Shown here piece after piece: positions 54,014 to 63,541 of a stretch of DNA of 64,000 nucleotides. The notes under the pieces were generated by a model that was not told the DNA's origin, searched no databases, and was given only the letters and a program-made list of their open reading frames with translations. Both the position numbers and the translations under genes were made by a program. The first letter of the stretch is position 1, and every line of letters starts with the position of its first letter. The DNA is from Candidatus Versatilivorator sp. (GTDB lineage Bacteria > Acidobacteriota > Terriglobia > Versatilivoradales > Versatilivoraceae), in NCBI GenBank assembly GCA_965207735.1, contig OZ242296.1, forward strand, positions 4,448,001 to 4,512,000, given 5' to 3'.

Positions 54014-54871
54014 GTGCTCAAACAAAATGATCGCAAAGATCGCATCGTTGACACCGATTGGGCCGGGATGACCCTGGGGGAACGCATCGAGCACCTGGAG
54101 GTGGAAGGCTACCTGGTCCTGCCCGACCTGCTGGACTCGGACCACATCCAGCGGCTTCAGGCCGAGGCCGGCAAGTTGGAGACCTTCCACGTCGACTACA
54201 GCGTCCATCAGAGGGGGTGCCAGGATATCCAGTTCCGGGGCGGACCCATCACCGAACTTATCGCCCATCCTCCCCTCATCAGCTTCCTCAAAGCCATGTG
54301 CGGCCCCGAGCTGATCTTCATGAGCTACGACTACGCCCGCTCCGAGCCCGGCCATCCCGGAATCAGCCTGCACTGCGACGGGCAGCCCTGGGGGTCGGAG
54401 ATCTTCGGGTACGAGCAGAGCTGCCCCCGCCTGATTCGAGTGCTCTACTACCTGCAGGACCTCACTCCCGAAGTGTCGGCCTTCAAGGTGGTGCCGCGCT
54501 CTCATCTGAGCTTTCATCATGACGGCAATCCCTACCTCCGCTACGATGAGCATCCAGAGCAGGCCATGGTCACCTGCAAGGCAGGCTCGGCCGTACTGAT
54601 CAACCAGAACGTCTTTCACGGAAACTATCCCAACATCGGCACCTACGCCCGGGAAATGCTGGGACTGGCCTACCGCCCCTCCTGGGCCGGACCCAGCGAC
54701 AAGATCAAGCCCTGGGATCCGGAGGAACTGGCCAAGGTGCCCCCCGCCGTGCGGGAGCTCATGGGCGATCCCAACACCCGCATCTGGCACTTCGAGGGCG
54801 GCAACAAGCCTCCCAACATGGCCAGCGAGGGACCCGGCATCGACGCCAGCCGCTGGGAGCGGACCGAGTAG
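54014..54871 (+). CDS. Phytanoyl-CoA dioxygenase (PhyH)-family Fe(II)/2OG oxygenase
   Basis: EGYLVL, LHCD (HxD), VVPRSH, AGSAVL, FHG. Confidence 0.85.
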   Translation: MLKQNDRKDRIVDTDWAGMTLGERIEHLEVEGYLVLPDLLDSDHIQRLQAEAGKLETFHVDYSVHQRGCQDIQFRGGPITELIAHPPLISFLKAMCGPELIFMSYDYARSEPGHPGISLHCDGQPWGSEIFGYEQSCPRLIRVLYYLQDLTPEVSAFKVVPRSHLSFHHDGNPYLRYDEHPEQAMVTCKAGSAVLINQNVFHGNYPNIGTYAREMLGLAYRPSWAGPSDKIKPWDPEELAKVPPAVRELMGDPNTRIWHFEGGNKPPNMASEGPGIDASRWERTE

Positions 54872-54910
54872 CGCCCGGAGGCGGGCAAGACTTGAACCCA
54901 AGGAGGACCC

Positions 54911-55252
54911 ATGGCGGCCAACTGCATGAAATGCCACACCGAGTTGCCTCGCCATCTGCTTTGGAAAGCATTGAAATCCGGCACCCTGGACAAGGCCGAG
55001 GTCATATGTCCCCAATGCGAGCAGGTGCTGCGCATCACACCCAAGAGTCTCGCGACCATCCTGGTGCTGACCCTCCTGCCCGACGTGCCGATAATCCTAT
55101 GGCTCATCCTCAATCCGGCCCCGCGTTCTCCCGAAATCATCATCCCTGTTTTGCTGCTTCTGATCCCCCTGACTTTCGCCCTGCTGATCGTTTTCTACCT
55201 GAAGCTGGCCCGGTTCGAAGAAAAGCCATCGACCACTTCCATCAGGGGCTGA
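54911..55252 (+). CDS. Small Cys-motif membrane protein
   Basis: AGGAGG RBS, CMKC..CPQC, two TM helices. Confidence 0.7.
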   Translation: MAANCMKCHTELPRHLLWKALKSGTLDKAEVICPQCEQVLRITPKSLATILVLTLLPDVPIILWLILNPAPRSPEIIIPVLLLLIPLTFALLIVFYLKLARFEEKPSTTSIRG

Positions 55253-55321
55253 CCGACACTTCCCTGCCCCTGAGACAATTCGGGGGCAAGGCAATCGATG
55301 GTGCTCTGGAGTCTTGATCCT

Positions 55322-56275
55322 ATGAACAACAAAGCATTAGCTCCGCTGCTCGTCATCCTGATCGCCCTCTCGGCCATTGCGGCCGCAACCGACCAGGCGG
55401 AGAGCGAGCAGCGATGGCACAGCATGAGCGGGCCCGTCGTCAAGACCCTGGAGGCCCTGCAGGCACACAACGCCACCCTGCCTCCCCCGACCGAGGGCCG
55501 CGACACCGGGCTGCGGCTTCGGGTGTTGACCTTCAACATTCACAACTTCAGAGGCTATCCGGAGGACCTTGGAACGGCGCGCTGGAAGAGCGACCCCCAG
55601 GAAAAGCTGGACATCCAGCTCAGAACCCTGGGGATGCTGGACGCCCACCTGGCTTCCCTGCAGGAATGCGACTACGACAAGCCCCTGCAGCTCCGGCTGA
55701 TCGACCGGCTGGGGTACCTGGCCAGCTTCTTCCCGGCTTCCCACCACAAGCACTGCGCCGGGGCCACCTTGAGCCGATACCCGCTGCTGGACAACCTGAA
55801 TCTGACCTTCCTGGAGATGGAGGGCCAGGTGGTTATCAAGCGGTTCCTGGGCCGTTCTCTGGCTCGCCTGCCGGGGGGACAGGAGATCCTGATCTACGGA
55901 GGGCACTACGATCCAAACCCCGACGCCGAGATGGACCTCATCGAGGAGGTCTGCCGCCTGGACCGCGCCCTCGAGCGCCCCATGATCTGGATGGGCGACT
56001 GGAACATCCAGCGGACCCACGTGCTGTACAAACGATTCCACCGGATGGGACTGGTGGATGCCTTTGCCCACCTGGGCCTCCCTCATACCACCACCAGCCT
56101 CAAGGGAGACCGCACCCGGGGCGGCATCGACTACATCTTCTGCACCCCCGACATCGCCGACCGCCTGGAGTCCATCGAGATCGTGGCTCGCGGCGCAGCC
56201 GCCCTCGACCCCAACGACCCCAAAAGCATCGCCGCCAGCGACCACCTCCCCGTGCTGGCCGTGTTCCGATTCTGA
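55322..56275 (+). CDS. Endonuclease/exonuclease/phosphatase-family protein, secreted
   Basis: LTFNIH, LQE, MGDWN, IDYIF, SDHLPV. Confidence 0.9.
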   Translation: MNNKALAPLLVILIALSAIAAATDQAESEQRWHSMSGPVVKTLEALQAHNATLPPPTEGRDTGLRLRVLTFNIHNFRGYPEDLGTARWKSDPQEKLDIQLRTLGMLDAHLASLQECDYDKPLQLRLIDRLGYLASFFPASHHKHCAGATLSRYPLLDNLNLTFLEMEGQVVIKRFLGRSLARLPGGQEILIYGGHYDPNPDAEMDLIEEVCRLDRALERPMIWMGDWNIQRTHVLYKRFHRMGLVDAFAHLGLPHTTTSLKGDRTRGGIDYIFCTPDIADRLESIEIVARGAAALDPNDPKSIAASDHLPVLAVFRF

Positions 56276-56302
56276 GCCTCTTGAAAAAAGTCGTAGACGC
56301 CC

Positions 56303-57027
56303 CCCGGGAGCGCGGGCGTCCCGCCCGCATCCTTATTCCTGCAAACAGCCTGCGGTCCAGGCACTCCCTTACAACGCGCACCGAACCCGCCTTTTCGGGG
56401 ACCTCTTCCATCATGCCGGGTCTAGTGCGGGCGAGACCCCCGGGCTGGCGCCCTGCACCACCGACGCAATGCTGACTCTCACTTACGGAACGCCGCGTTG
56501 GCCCCCCTCCGGCTCGACGGCGGGCTCCGCCCTTGTCTCGCCGACTCCCCCTCAAGGGGGGAGTGATTCTTGAGGCTTGCATAAGACGCCTTGCCCGATC
56601 ACCGGGTACGATGTAAACCATGTTCCCGGTTTAGTGTGCGGACGACGACCACCCGGGAGCGCGGGCGTCCCGCCCGCATCCTTATTCCTGCAATCAGCCT
56701 GCGGTCCACGGCACACCCTTACAATGCGCACCGAACCCGCCTCGACGGGGACATCTTCCATCATGCCGGGTCTTGTGCGGACGAGACGCCCGGGCCGGCG
56801 CCCTGCACCACCGACGCAACGCTGACTCTCACTTACGGAACGCCGCGTCGGCCCCCCTCCGGCTCGACGGCGGGCTCCGCCCTTGTCTCGCCGACTCCCC
56901 CTCAAGGGGGGAGTGATTCTTGAGGCTTGCATAAGACGCCTTGCCCGATCACCGGGTACGATGTAAACCATGTTCCCGGTTTAGTGTGCGGACGACGACC
57001 ACCCGGGAACGCGGGCGTCCCGCCCGC
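56303..57027 (+). repeat. Tandem ~350-bp duplication of a composite REP unit
   Basis: CCCGGGA(G/A)CGCGGGCGTCCCGCCCGCA at 56303, 56652 and 57002; each full unit includes half of a family B element. Confidence 0.88.
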
Positions 57028-57388
57028 ACAAGCCCTGGCGCAGCCACACCGATCTGCCCCACGTCGATCAACCGGGAACGGCGCCGCTCCCCGTTTCCTG
57101 CGTAAAGGATGTATGGGATCTGAACCCACCGGCAGCTGCAGTCTTGAGACAAACGTCAGCCTGGGGTTCGAGTGGAGCCGCGAAGCGGCGGCAGCAGGTA
57201 GCCGTGGGCGTAAGCCCATGGGAAATTGGGCATAAGTGTTGAGCCGCGTAGGCGGCGACTACATCAAAAAACTTGTAACTGCTCATTATAATAGACTTAT
57301 GGTGGATTGTCCTGTTGTAATCCCCTCATTGTATCCCTCTATTTGAACGGGAATCCACTGGACTGTTCGGGACGTTGGTGGACAGGTC

Positions 57389-57664
57389 TTACGATGTTGC
57401 AACCCCCGAGACTCTGCCTCCGAGACCGTCGAGCCGGGTGGTAGGCTGCCCTTGGGTTCGGATCGGAGATATCGGGTTGTGAGCATCCTCCAGCCTTGCC
57501 CTTCTCGGCCTCTGGCCATCTGTGGTCTTCTGTTCTTCGAGGGCTTCATAGACGAGGGCGCGCAGCCAGGAGCCGACGTTGAGGTGCCGCTGGATGACGA
57601 GGCACTGGAAACCTTGACGGGTTTCGGGAGAGACATGGATATGAAGCGGTACACGGTGCAACAT
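57389..57664 (-). CDS. Putative ribbon-helix-helix (CopG/MobC-like) protein, 91 aa
   Basis: MLHRVPLHIHVSPETRQGFQCLVIQRHLNVGSWLRALVYEALEE fits the strand-helix-helix pattern; internal Met of ORF 57389..57946. Confidence 0.55.
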   Translation of the reverse strand: MLHRVPLHIHVSPETRQGFQCLVIQRHLNVGSWLRALVYEALEEQKTTDGQRPRRARLEDAHNPISPIRTQGQPTTRLDGLGGRVSGVATS

Positions 57665-57787
57665 AGAGACACACAACAACACATGGAGCGACAAGCAGGT
57701 TACAACGCTACACAACGCTACATGGAGACACACGCAGCCACCGTGAGCGCGAAAAAGTGCTCGATGGCCTTCCCGCCAGGGATCACT

Positions 57788-57877
57788 GTGGAGGGAGCGA
57801 CCCCGGAAAGGGGAGGGGAGGTGGTGGATTTTGGCGTGCACCACCTCCCCTCCCCTTTCCGGGGTCGCTCCCTCCAC
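57788..57877. repeat. Perfect 39-bp inverted repeat with 12-nt loop
   Basis: 57788-57826 is the reverse complement of 57839-57877. Confidence 0.95.
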
Positions 57878-58020
57878 TTCCTCTCCCTCCTGTGCGGCGC
57901 CACGACGCGCAGTGCGAGGCGGGGACGCCCGGCGCCGGCGCCGCACTACGCTTTACGGCAGACGACTCGGGGAATCCGTGCCAATCCGCTTCCCATGCGG
58001 GTTTCCGGGCACAACCTGGA

Positions 58021-58176
58021 CCACGACGGCGAGGACTTCGCCCTCTGAGAGAGGAGCGTTGGGGTTGTCAAAAGCGTGAGCCACTTGGTGCGCCACCTAC
58101 GTGAGCCACCCCCCTTTTGTAAGGTGGTCACCCATACGACGCCACGTCCTTGACCCCCGGAGGCGGAAATCGTCGA
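58021..58176 (+). other. Conserved structured non-coding element, copy A
   Basis: CCAC.A.GGCGAG..CGCCCTCTG.GAGA ... TGACCCCC.G.GGCGGAAAT shared with copies B and C. Confidence 0.75.
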
Positions 58177-58760
58177 TCATGTCGCGGCCGTTGGAGGCCG
58201 GGTCTTCCTGCTCCCATTGGTCGATCTTCTCCATGACGACACCGCGGCCGCCATGGCGTTCGACCGTGTCCTGACCCCTGAATCCGCGAGCTTTGCGGGG
58301 GGCTGGCTGGACTTTCTCACTCCCTGGCATAGCAGGACACCCCGGAACGCCTCCTGGACCGATTTCCGTCTCAGGGACCGCAGGGACCGCCGCCGGTGGG
58401 GAAATCGGATTGGCCGGCTCGCTCAGCGGTCCCGGGGTCGCCATGCGGAGAGAGCGACCTCCGCGCGGGGGCAAAGGGTGTCCGGACCCCTGGCCACCTT
58501 TGCCCTCCTCCGTGGCGCGCGAGCGCCGAAAAAGGAAGCTCTCACCGCCGGCACCCGTCTCGTGTGGCGCGCCGACGCGCCGGGCGAGGCGGGGACAGCG
58601 AGGCCGGTGCCGCACCGCGTCGTGCCGGGGAGCCAGCCTACCCAATGTAGTACATTGGGGCTGGCGAGGGGCTCCCACCCCTTCGAACCCGCGACCGGGG
58701 GGAAGTTCTCCCCTGGCCCCCCATCACGGGGGCGACGCGCCGTATCGGGGAAGCTTTCGA

Positions 58761-58904
58761 CCACAATGGCGAGGGCTCCGCCCTCTGGGAGAAAGGTGTT
58801 GTGGTTGTCAAAAGCATGTCACCCTTCGATGTCACCCCCCCCTTCCAAAAGGGTGACAGTTATACGACGCCATATCCTTGACCCCCGGGGGCGGAAATGA
58901 TCGA
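58761..58904 (+). other. Conserved structured non-coding element, copy B
   Basis: Aligns by eye with copy A over its whole length. Confidence 0.75.
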
Positions 58905-59170
58905 CCCATCCCGCGTCGGCCGAAGCCGTTGTCGCGTTCGCCGGTGATCTCATCACTTCCCCCTGTGTGGCAGTGAGTTGAGATACTATAAGATAGAAGG
59001 GCGTAGACCTCTGAAATCCTAGGTGCTACAAGTTGCCAGACGCTGAGAACGCCTAGCCCGAAGTTCCCCCCATTTTACACCCGAAAAATCGCCTTAAGCC
59101 ATTTGTTTTCTTAGGGAAGAGGATTGAGGTGTGTGGATTTGTGTTCCCATGTATATGATTAGTATTTAGA

Positions 59171-59198
59171 TTGACATGATAGTTCTATGTGATAGTAT
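59171..59198 (+). promoter_or_regulatory. Transposase sigma70 promoter
   Basis: TTGACA-16 nt-TAGTAT, ending 6 nt before the ATG. Confidence 0.65.
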
Positions 59199-59204
59199 AG
59201 TCCC

Positions 59205-60926
59205 ATGTACGTCGAAACCGTCCCCAACCGCAACTCTCCCCCTGCCATCCTCCTGCGCGAAGGCCGCCGTGAGGGTAAAAAGGTCCATAAACGCACCTTG
59301 GCCAACCTCTCCCATTGGCCCAAGGACAAGATCGAGCGCCTCCGGCGCGTGCTCAAGAACGAACCCCTGGTCCATCCCGACCAACTCTTCGCCATCGAAC
59401 GCTCCCTGCCTCATGGCCACGTCGAGTTGCTGCTGGAAGTGGTGCGGCAGCTGAAGCTGCCGGCGCTGATCGATTCCCGACCCTCTCCCCAACGGGACCG
59501 GGTCTTGGCCATGATCCTGCAGCGTCTGCTCCATCCGGCCTCCAAGCTGGCCACCACCCGTCTTTGGCACACCACCACGTTGGGTGAGGAACTGTCCCTT
59601 GAGGACACCGACGAGGACGATCTCTATGAGGCCATGGACTGGTTGCTGGAGCGTCAGGACCGGATTGAGCGCAAGCTGGCCAAGCGGCACCTGGCGGAAG
59701 GGGATGCGGTGCTCTATGACGTCAGCAGCAGTTACTACGAAGGCCAGACCTGCTCGCTGATGCAGTTCGGCCACAACCGGGACGGCAGGCGGGACCGGCC
59801 CATGGTGGTCTACGGGGTGCTGGCCGACCAGATGGGGCGGCCGCTGTCGGTGCAGGCCTATGCCGGCAACACGGGGGATCCGACCACGGTGGGGGATCAG
59901 GTGGAGAAGGTGCGGGGTCGGTTTGGTCTGGAGCGGGTGGTGCTGGTGGGGGACCGCGGGCTGCTGACCGAGACGCAGATCAGCCATCTGAAGCGTCATC
60001 CGGGAGTGGGGTGGGTCTCAGCCCTGCGCCACCACCAGATACGCCGTCTGGTGGAGAGCGAGGCGGTTCAGCTCTCCCTGTTCGACGAGCGTCATCTGGC
60101 CGAAGTCCGCAGCCCGGACTATCCGGGCGAGAGGCTCATCGTCTGCCACAACCCGCTGCTGGCCGAGCATCGGCGGCGGAAGCGCGAGGCTTTGCTGACA
60201 GCCACCGAGGAGGCGCTGGCCGGAATCGCCCGCCAGGTGGCCAGACGGACCCGCACGCCCTTGTCGGCGACCGAGATCGCCGAGAAAGTCGGCCGGGTCA
60301 AGAACCGCTTCCAGGTGGCCAAACACTTCCGGACCCAGATCGCAGACGGGTCCTTCCACTATGAACGGCGCACCGACGCCATCATCCGGGAGGCGCAACT
60401 GGACGGGTTCTACATGCTGAGGACCAGCGAGCCAGCCGATCGCCTGCCAACAGCCGCGGTGGTGCGCCGCTACAAGGACCTGACGCGGGTGGAGCGGGCC
60501 TTCCGCTCCCTCAAGACCGTCGACCTGCACATCCGTCCCATCCGTCATCGGGTGGAGAACCGGGTGCGGGCTCATCTGTTCCTGTGCCTGCTGGCCTATT
60601 ACGTCCAGTGGCATCTGCGGCTGGCCCTGGCTCCGTTGCTGTTCGATGACGAGGAACTGGAAGCGGAACGGGCACGGCGAGACCCGGTGCTGGCGGCCCA
60701 GCCGTCGGACTCCGCCAAACGGAAGAAGAACAAACGCCTCAGCCAGGACGGCTTGCCGCTGCAGAGCCTGGAGACGCTGATGGCGCAGATGGCGACGCGG
60801 GCCCGCCACCAGTGCCGATTGCCCTCCGAACCCGATGGTCCGCGAGTCCAGCGATTGACCGAGCCGACCCCGCTACAGCAACGGGCCTTCGAGCTCATCA
60901 GGATGTTCCCAGGCAAGACAACCTGA
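59205..60926 (+). CDS. IS1634-family DDE transposase
   Basis: VPNRNSPPAILLRE, LYDVSSSYYEG, GNTGD, VGDRGL, YKDLTRVERAFRSLK. Confidence 0.93.
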   Translation: MYVETVPNRNSPPAILLREGRREGKKVHKRTLANLSHWPKDKIERLRRVLKNEPLVHPDQLFAIERSLPHGHVELLLEVVRQLKLPALIDSRPSPQRDRVLAMILQRLLHPASKLATTRLWHTTTLGEELSLEDTDEDDLYEAMDWLLERQDRIERKLAKRHLAEGDAVLYDVSSSYYEGQTCSLMQFGHNRDGRRDRPMVVYGVLADQMGRPLSVQAYAGNTGDPTTVGDQVEKVRGRFGLERVVLVGDRGLLTETQISHLKRHPGVGWVSALRHHQIRRLVESEAVQLSLFDERHLAEVRSPDYPGERLIVCHNPLLAEHRRRKREALLTATEEALAGIARQVARRTRTPLSATEIAEKVGRVKNRFQVAKHFRTQIADGSFHYERRTDAIIREAQLDGFYMLRTSEPADRLPTAAVVRRYKDLTRVERAFRSLKTVDLHIRPIRHRVENRVRAHLFLCLLAYYVQWHLRLALAPLLFDDEELEAERARRDPVLAAQPSDSAKRKKNKRLSQDGLPLQSLETLMAQMATRARHQCRLPSEPDGPRVQRLTEPTPLQQRAFELIRMFPGKTT

Positions 60927-61181
60927 GATTCCTGATTGATGATTGAAGGTAAAGGAGTTATCTTGTCGGTGGGTCAGGAACTTCGGCCTAGCACAGGGCA
61001 ACTGTGCGCGTTATTTTCGCGCTTGTTCGGATGAAAACCCCGGATGGCCCGTAACGAGCGAGGGCTGCGGCATCGAAGAGATCTAGAATCGCCAAGGTAT
61101 CGTAATGCGGTCATTGGGGCACGCCGGAGGCCGGGAAATCTCAGCCTGGCCGACAAATCTCAAGGATTTGGGGAGAGCCTG

Positions 61182-61748
61182 ATGGATATTAGCAAGACGA
61201 TATTAGATGCGATAACGCATGCGTTGGAATCTGAGGAACTGCGGCTCAAACCACGTTCGGAGCGACCGGGGGAACCGCTGTGGCCTTGGACCGTGCTGGG
61301 GTACCGTGAGGACTGGATTCGCTATCTCTTGGTCCGAGAGATCTCTGGCCGGATTCCTGACCGAGAGTTAAGGATAGAAACTGAAGTTGGCGGATTGTCT
61401 CAAGTGGATCTGTCAATTCACGGTCTTTTTTCTGTGGAACTGAAAGGACCATATGAGGTCAAAGAGAACTTTGACCAAGGCCTCTACAACAAAATTCTAG
61501 AAGATTTTGAGAAGCAACGATGCCGAGCGAATAAGAAACCAAACCTCAAACACTTCGTCCTCCTGATCCTGCATGCCCCCAAGGCGTGCTTCTATTCCGG
61601 GTTCCTTCAGGGATGGCTTACGGAACTGGAAACGGAAGTTCGGAATAAAAATCACGGCATCTGCATCGAGGTGGTGCCGTCCAAGCCGCTCGTCCTCAAC
61701 GGCAACGAGCCCTGGCTGATGGAGTGTTGCCTCTACAGAGTTTCCTAG
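61182..61748 (+). CDS. Hypothetical protein with PD-(D/E)xK-like motif
   Basis: E..IETE..VDLSI..SVELK; GGAGAG RBS; visibly AT-richer than the core genes. Confidence 0.6.
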   Translation: MDISKTILDAITHALESEELRLKPRSERPGEPLWPWTVLGYREDWIRYLLVREISGRIPDRELRIETEVGGLSQVDLSIHGLFSVELKGPYEVKENFDQGLYNKILEDFEKQRCRANKKPNLKHFVLLILHAPKACFYSGFLQGWLTELETEVRNKNHGICIEVVPSKPLVLNGNEPWLMECCLYRVS

Positions 61749-61914
61749 AGAGTAGTTCACACTTCCGATAACGTCGAGTATGTCAACTGTCGAGGGCAAC
61801 GTGTAGGGGCTGATGGAAACCATGGTCAGCGAAGCCATGGACGCCCTGATTGACGATGGTCGCTATGAAGCTAGGGTTGCCAAGAGGACTTGTCCGCGAA
61901 TGAGGTAACTACCA

Positions 61915-63051
61915 ATGCCGGTTCATCACCGACATATATGGATGCGGTTCTTGTGCCTGCTCTTGATCCTGCTAGCCCAAGCCTGCACGTCACAGACCCC
62001 CACGCGGCAAACCGAGCTCGGCCGCTACGCTGCATCCGTGGGGCTAACCGAAAAAGACCTAGTGGACGCGACGATAGCGCTAGCCAACGCGGGACTTCCC
62101 GAATCTCAACACGCCCTTGGCGTCATGTTCTATCAAGGCGATAACGGATTGGCGCAGAACTACGTGATGGCAGCCAAGTGGTTCCGGGAGGCCGCCTTTC
62201 AAGGATTCGCCCACTCTCAACTCGCCCTTGCCGGTATCTACACCCGAGGTCACGGCGTAACGACTGATCTTGTCGAAGCCTGCGCGTGGACCATTCTTGG
62301 CGCCGGTGCACTGCCAGGAGACAGTGAGGTTCAAACCCAAATGGCCAAAGTGACAAGACACGCGCCCCCGCATATACTCGCCGCCGGGCAGGAACGCGCT
62401 GTCGAGCTTCTCCAGCAGATCGAGGGCCGAAAGAAGCGCCAGAGGCAGGCGGCTCCAACCAGGCCTCCTTCCGATTCCCTCCAAGAGCTTCAAGAAACGA
62501 CCCGTCAGGGATCGCCCACGGTAGCCAAGGGGCACGGCCAGATGTACGCCACAGACCAGGGAGTGCCCCGGGACCTCATCAAGGCCGCCACCAGCCACCC
62601 GCCCAAACTCTCCCAAGCCACACCGAAGTTTCACGAACGCCCGCAGGCGGTCCCAGCGCAGTCGCCAGAACTGGCTTGGCAAAAACACAACGAATTGGAG
62701 GAGGCATTGACGGAGAGCGGAACGACCACAACGGTGCCAGAACCGACCGACAAGTGTGCTTTGCCTGGGGAGGTAATTTCACCCACAGTGCTGTCCCGAA
62801 TCGAACCAGTCTACTCTGAAGCGGCCCGTAAAGCTAACCTTGAAGGAACGGTCGAGCTTTCCGCCATTGTCCGTAAGGACGGATCTATTGAATCCGTGAA
62901 GGTTTTGCGCGGGCTAGGCCTCGGATTAGATGGGAGCGCCATTAAGGCTCTAAAGAGTTGGCGGTTTCGTCCTGGCATGAAAGACGGAAGACCCGTCGAT
63001 TTACGCGTGAAAATCGAGGTTAAATTTAGTATGCGGCCGGAGCAGGACTAA
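61915..63051 (+). CDS. Sel1-repeat / TonB C-terminal fusion, probable lipoprotein
   Basis: LAQAC lipobox, SQHALGVMFYQG and AAKWFREAA Sel1 repeats, PVYSEAARKANLEGTV..WRFRPG TonB_C. Start may be MRFL. Confidence 0.85.
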   Translation: MPVHHRHIWMRFLCLLLILLAQACTSQTPTRQTELGRYAASVGLTEKDLVDATIALANAGLPESQHALGVMFYQGDNGLAQNYVMAAKWFREAAFQGFAHSQLALAGIYTRGHGVTTDLVEACAWTILGAGALPGDSEVQTQMAKVTRHAPPHILAAGQERAVELLQQIEGRKKRQRQAAPTRPPSDSLQELQETTRQGSPTVAKGHGQMYATDQGVPRDLIKAATSHPPKLSQATPKFHERPQAVPAQSPELAWQKHNELEEALTESGTTTTVPEPTDKCALPGEVISPTVLSRIEPVYSEAARKANLEGTVELSAIVRKDGSIESVKVLRGLGLGLDGSAIKALKSWRFRPGMKDGRPVDLRVKIEVKFSMRPEQD

Positions 63052-63343
63052 TGGACAATTTCCGCCTCTGGGGGTCACGCCGATGCCGTTAGATGGGCCG
63101 CCACCTTCCCGACGGGGGGGTGGCGGTCTAACCTGGCGGCGATCCTGCTACGCACAACGCCTTTCTCTCAGAGGGCGAAGTTCTCGCCGTTGTGGTGGAG
63201 GACTTCCCTGAAACGCTGTACCAGACGCGGGACGACACGGATTTCCCGCGTCCGTTGCGGAAAGGCGAAGCGAGGCTGCGCCTTGCGCGTCCCCCCCTTG
63301 CGGGGAGGTCGCTCCCTCCACATTGATCCCCTGCGGGAAGGCC
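63052..63343 (-). other. Conserved structured non-coding element, copy C (inverted), with extended homology to 57766-58176
   Basis: Reverse complement reads GGCCTTCCCGC..GATCA.TGTGGAGGGAGCGACC ... AATCCGTG ... GGCGAGAACTTCGCCCTCTGAGAGA ... TGACCCCCAGAGGCGGAAAT. Confidence 0.75.
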
Positions 63344-63541
63344 GAATTGCAGACGACGTGGGCCTCAGGTTGTCTTGTCTTGCTTAACCTGGCTTTGACT
63401 GCTGCCGGTCTTCGAGCTTCCGGGTCAGGTAAGACAACGCCTTGCTCCGAAACCACTAGCTTGAGTATGGTTGATGGTATCTTTCCAAGAAATCAGGGGC
63501 GGTACAGAGCTTGAAGTTGAGCACGATGAAAGGAGTATCTA

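Larger units (their letters stand above)
59053..60991 (+). mobile_element. IS1634-family element
   Basis: Ends CTAGCCCGAAGTTCC / GGAACTTCGGCCTAG; the CTAG may be the target duplication rather than part of the IR. Confidence 0.88.

Noticed and set aside
57280-57307. dif-like Xer site at the island boundary
   Set aside because: ATAA and TTAT are 5 nt apart instead of 6, and the XerD arm (TTATGGTGGAT) is a poor match.
57452-58900. Plus-strand ORFs 57452..58048, 57757..58104 and 58217..58900 as Rep or relaxase genes
   Set aside because: No HUH or other motifs; similarity between translations is explained by DNA-level conservation of the element.
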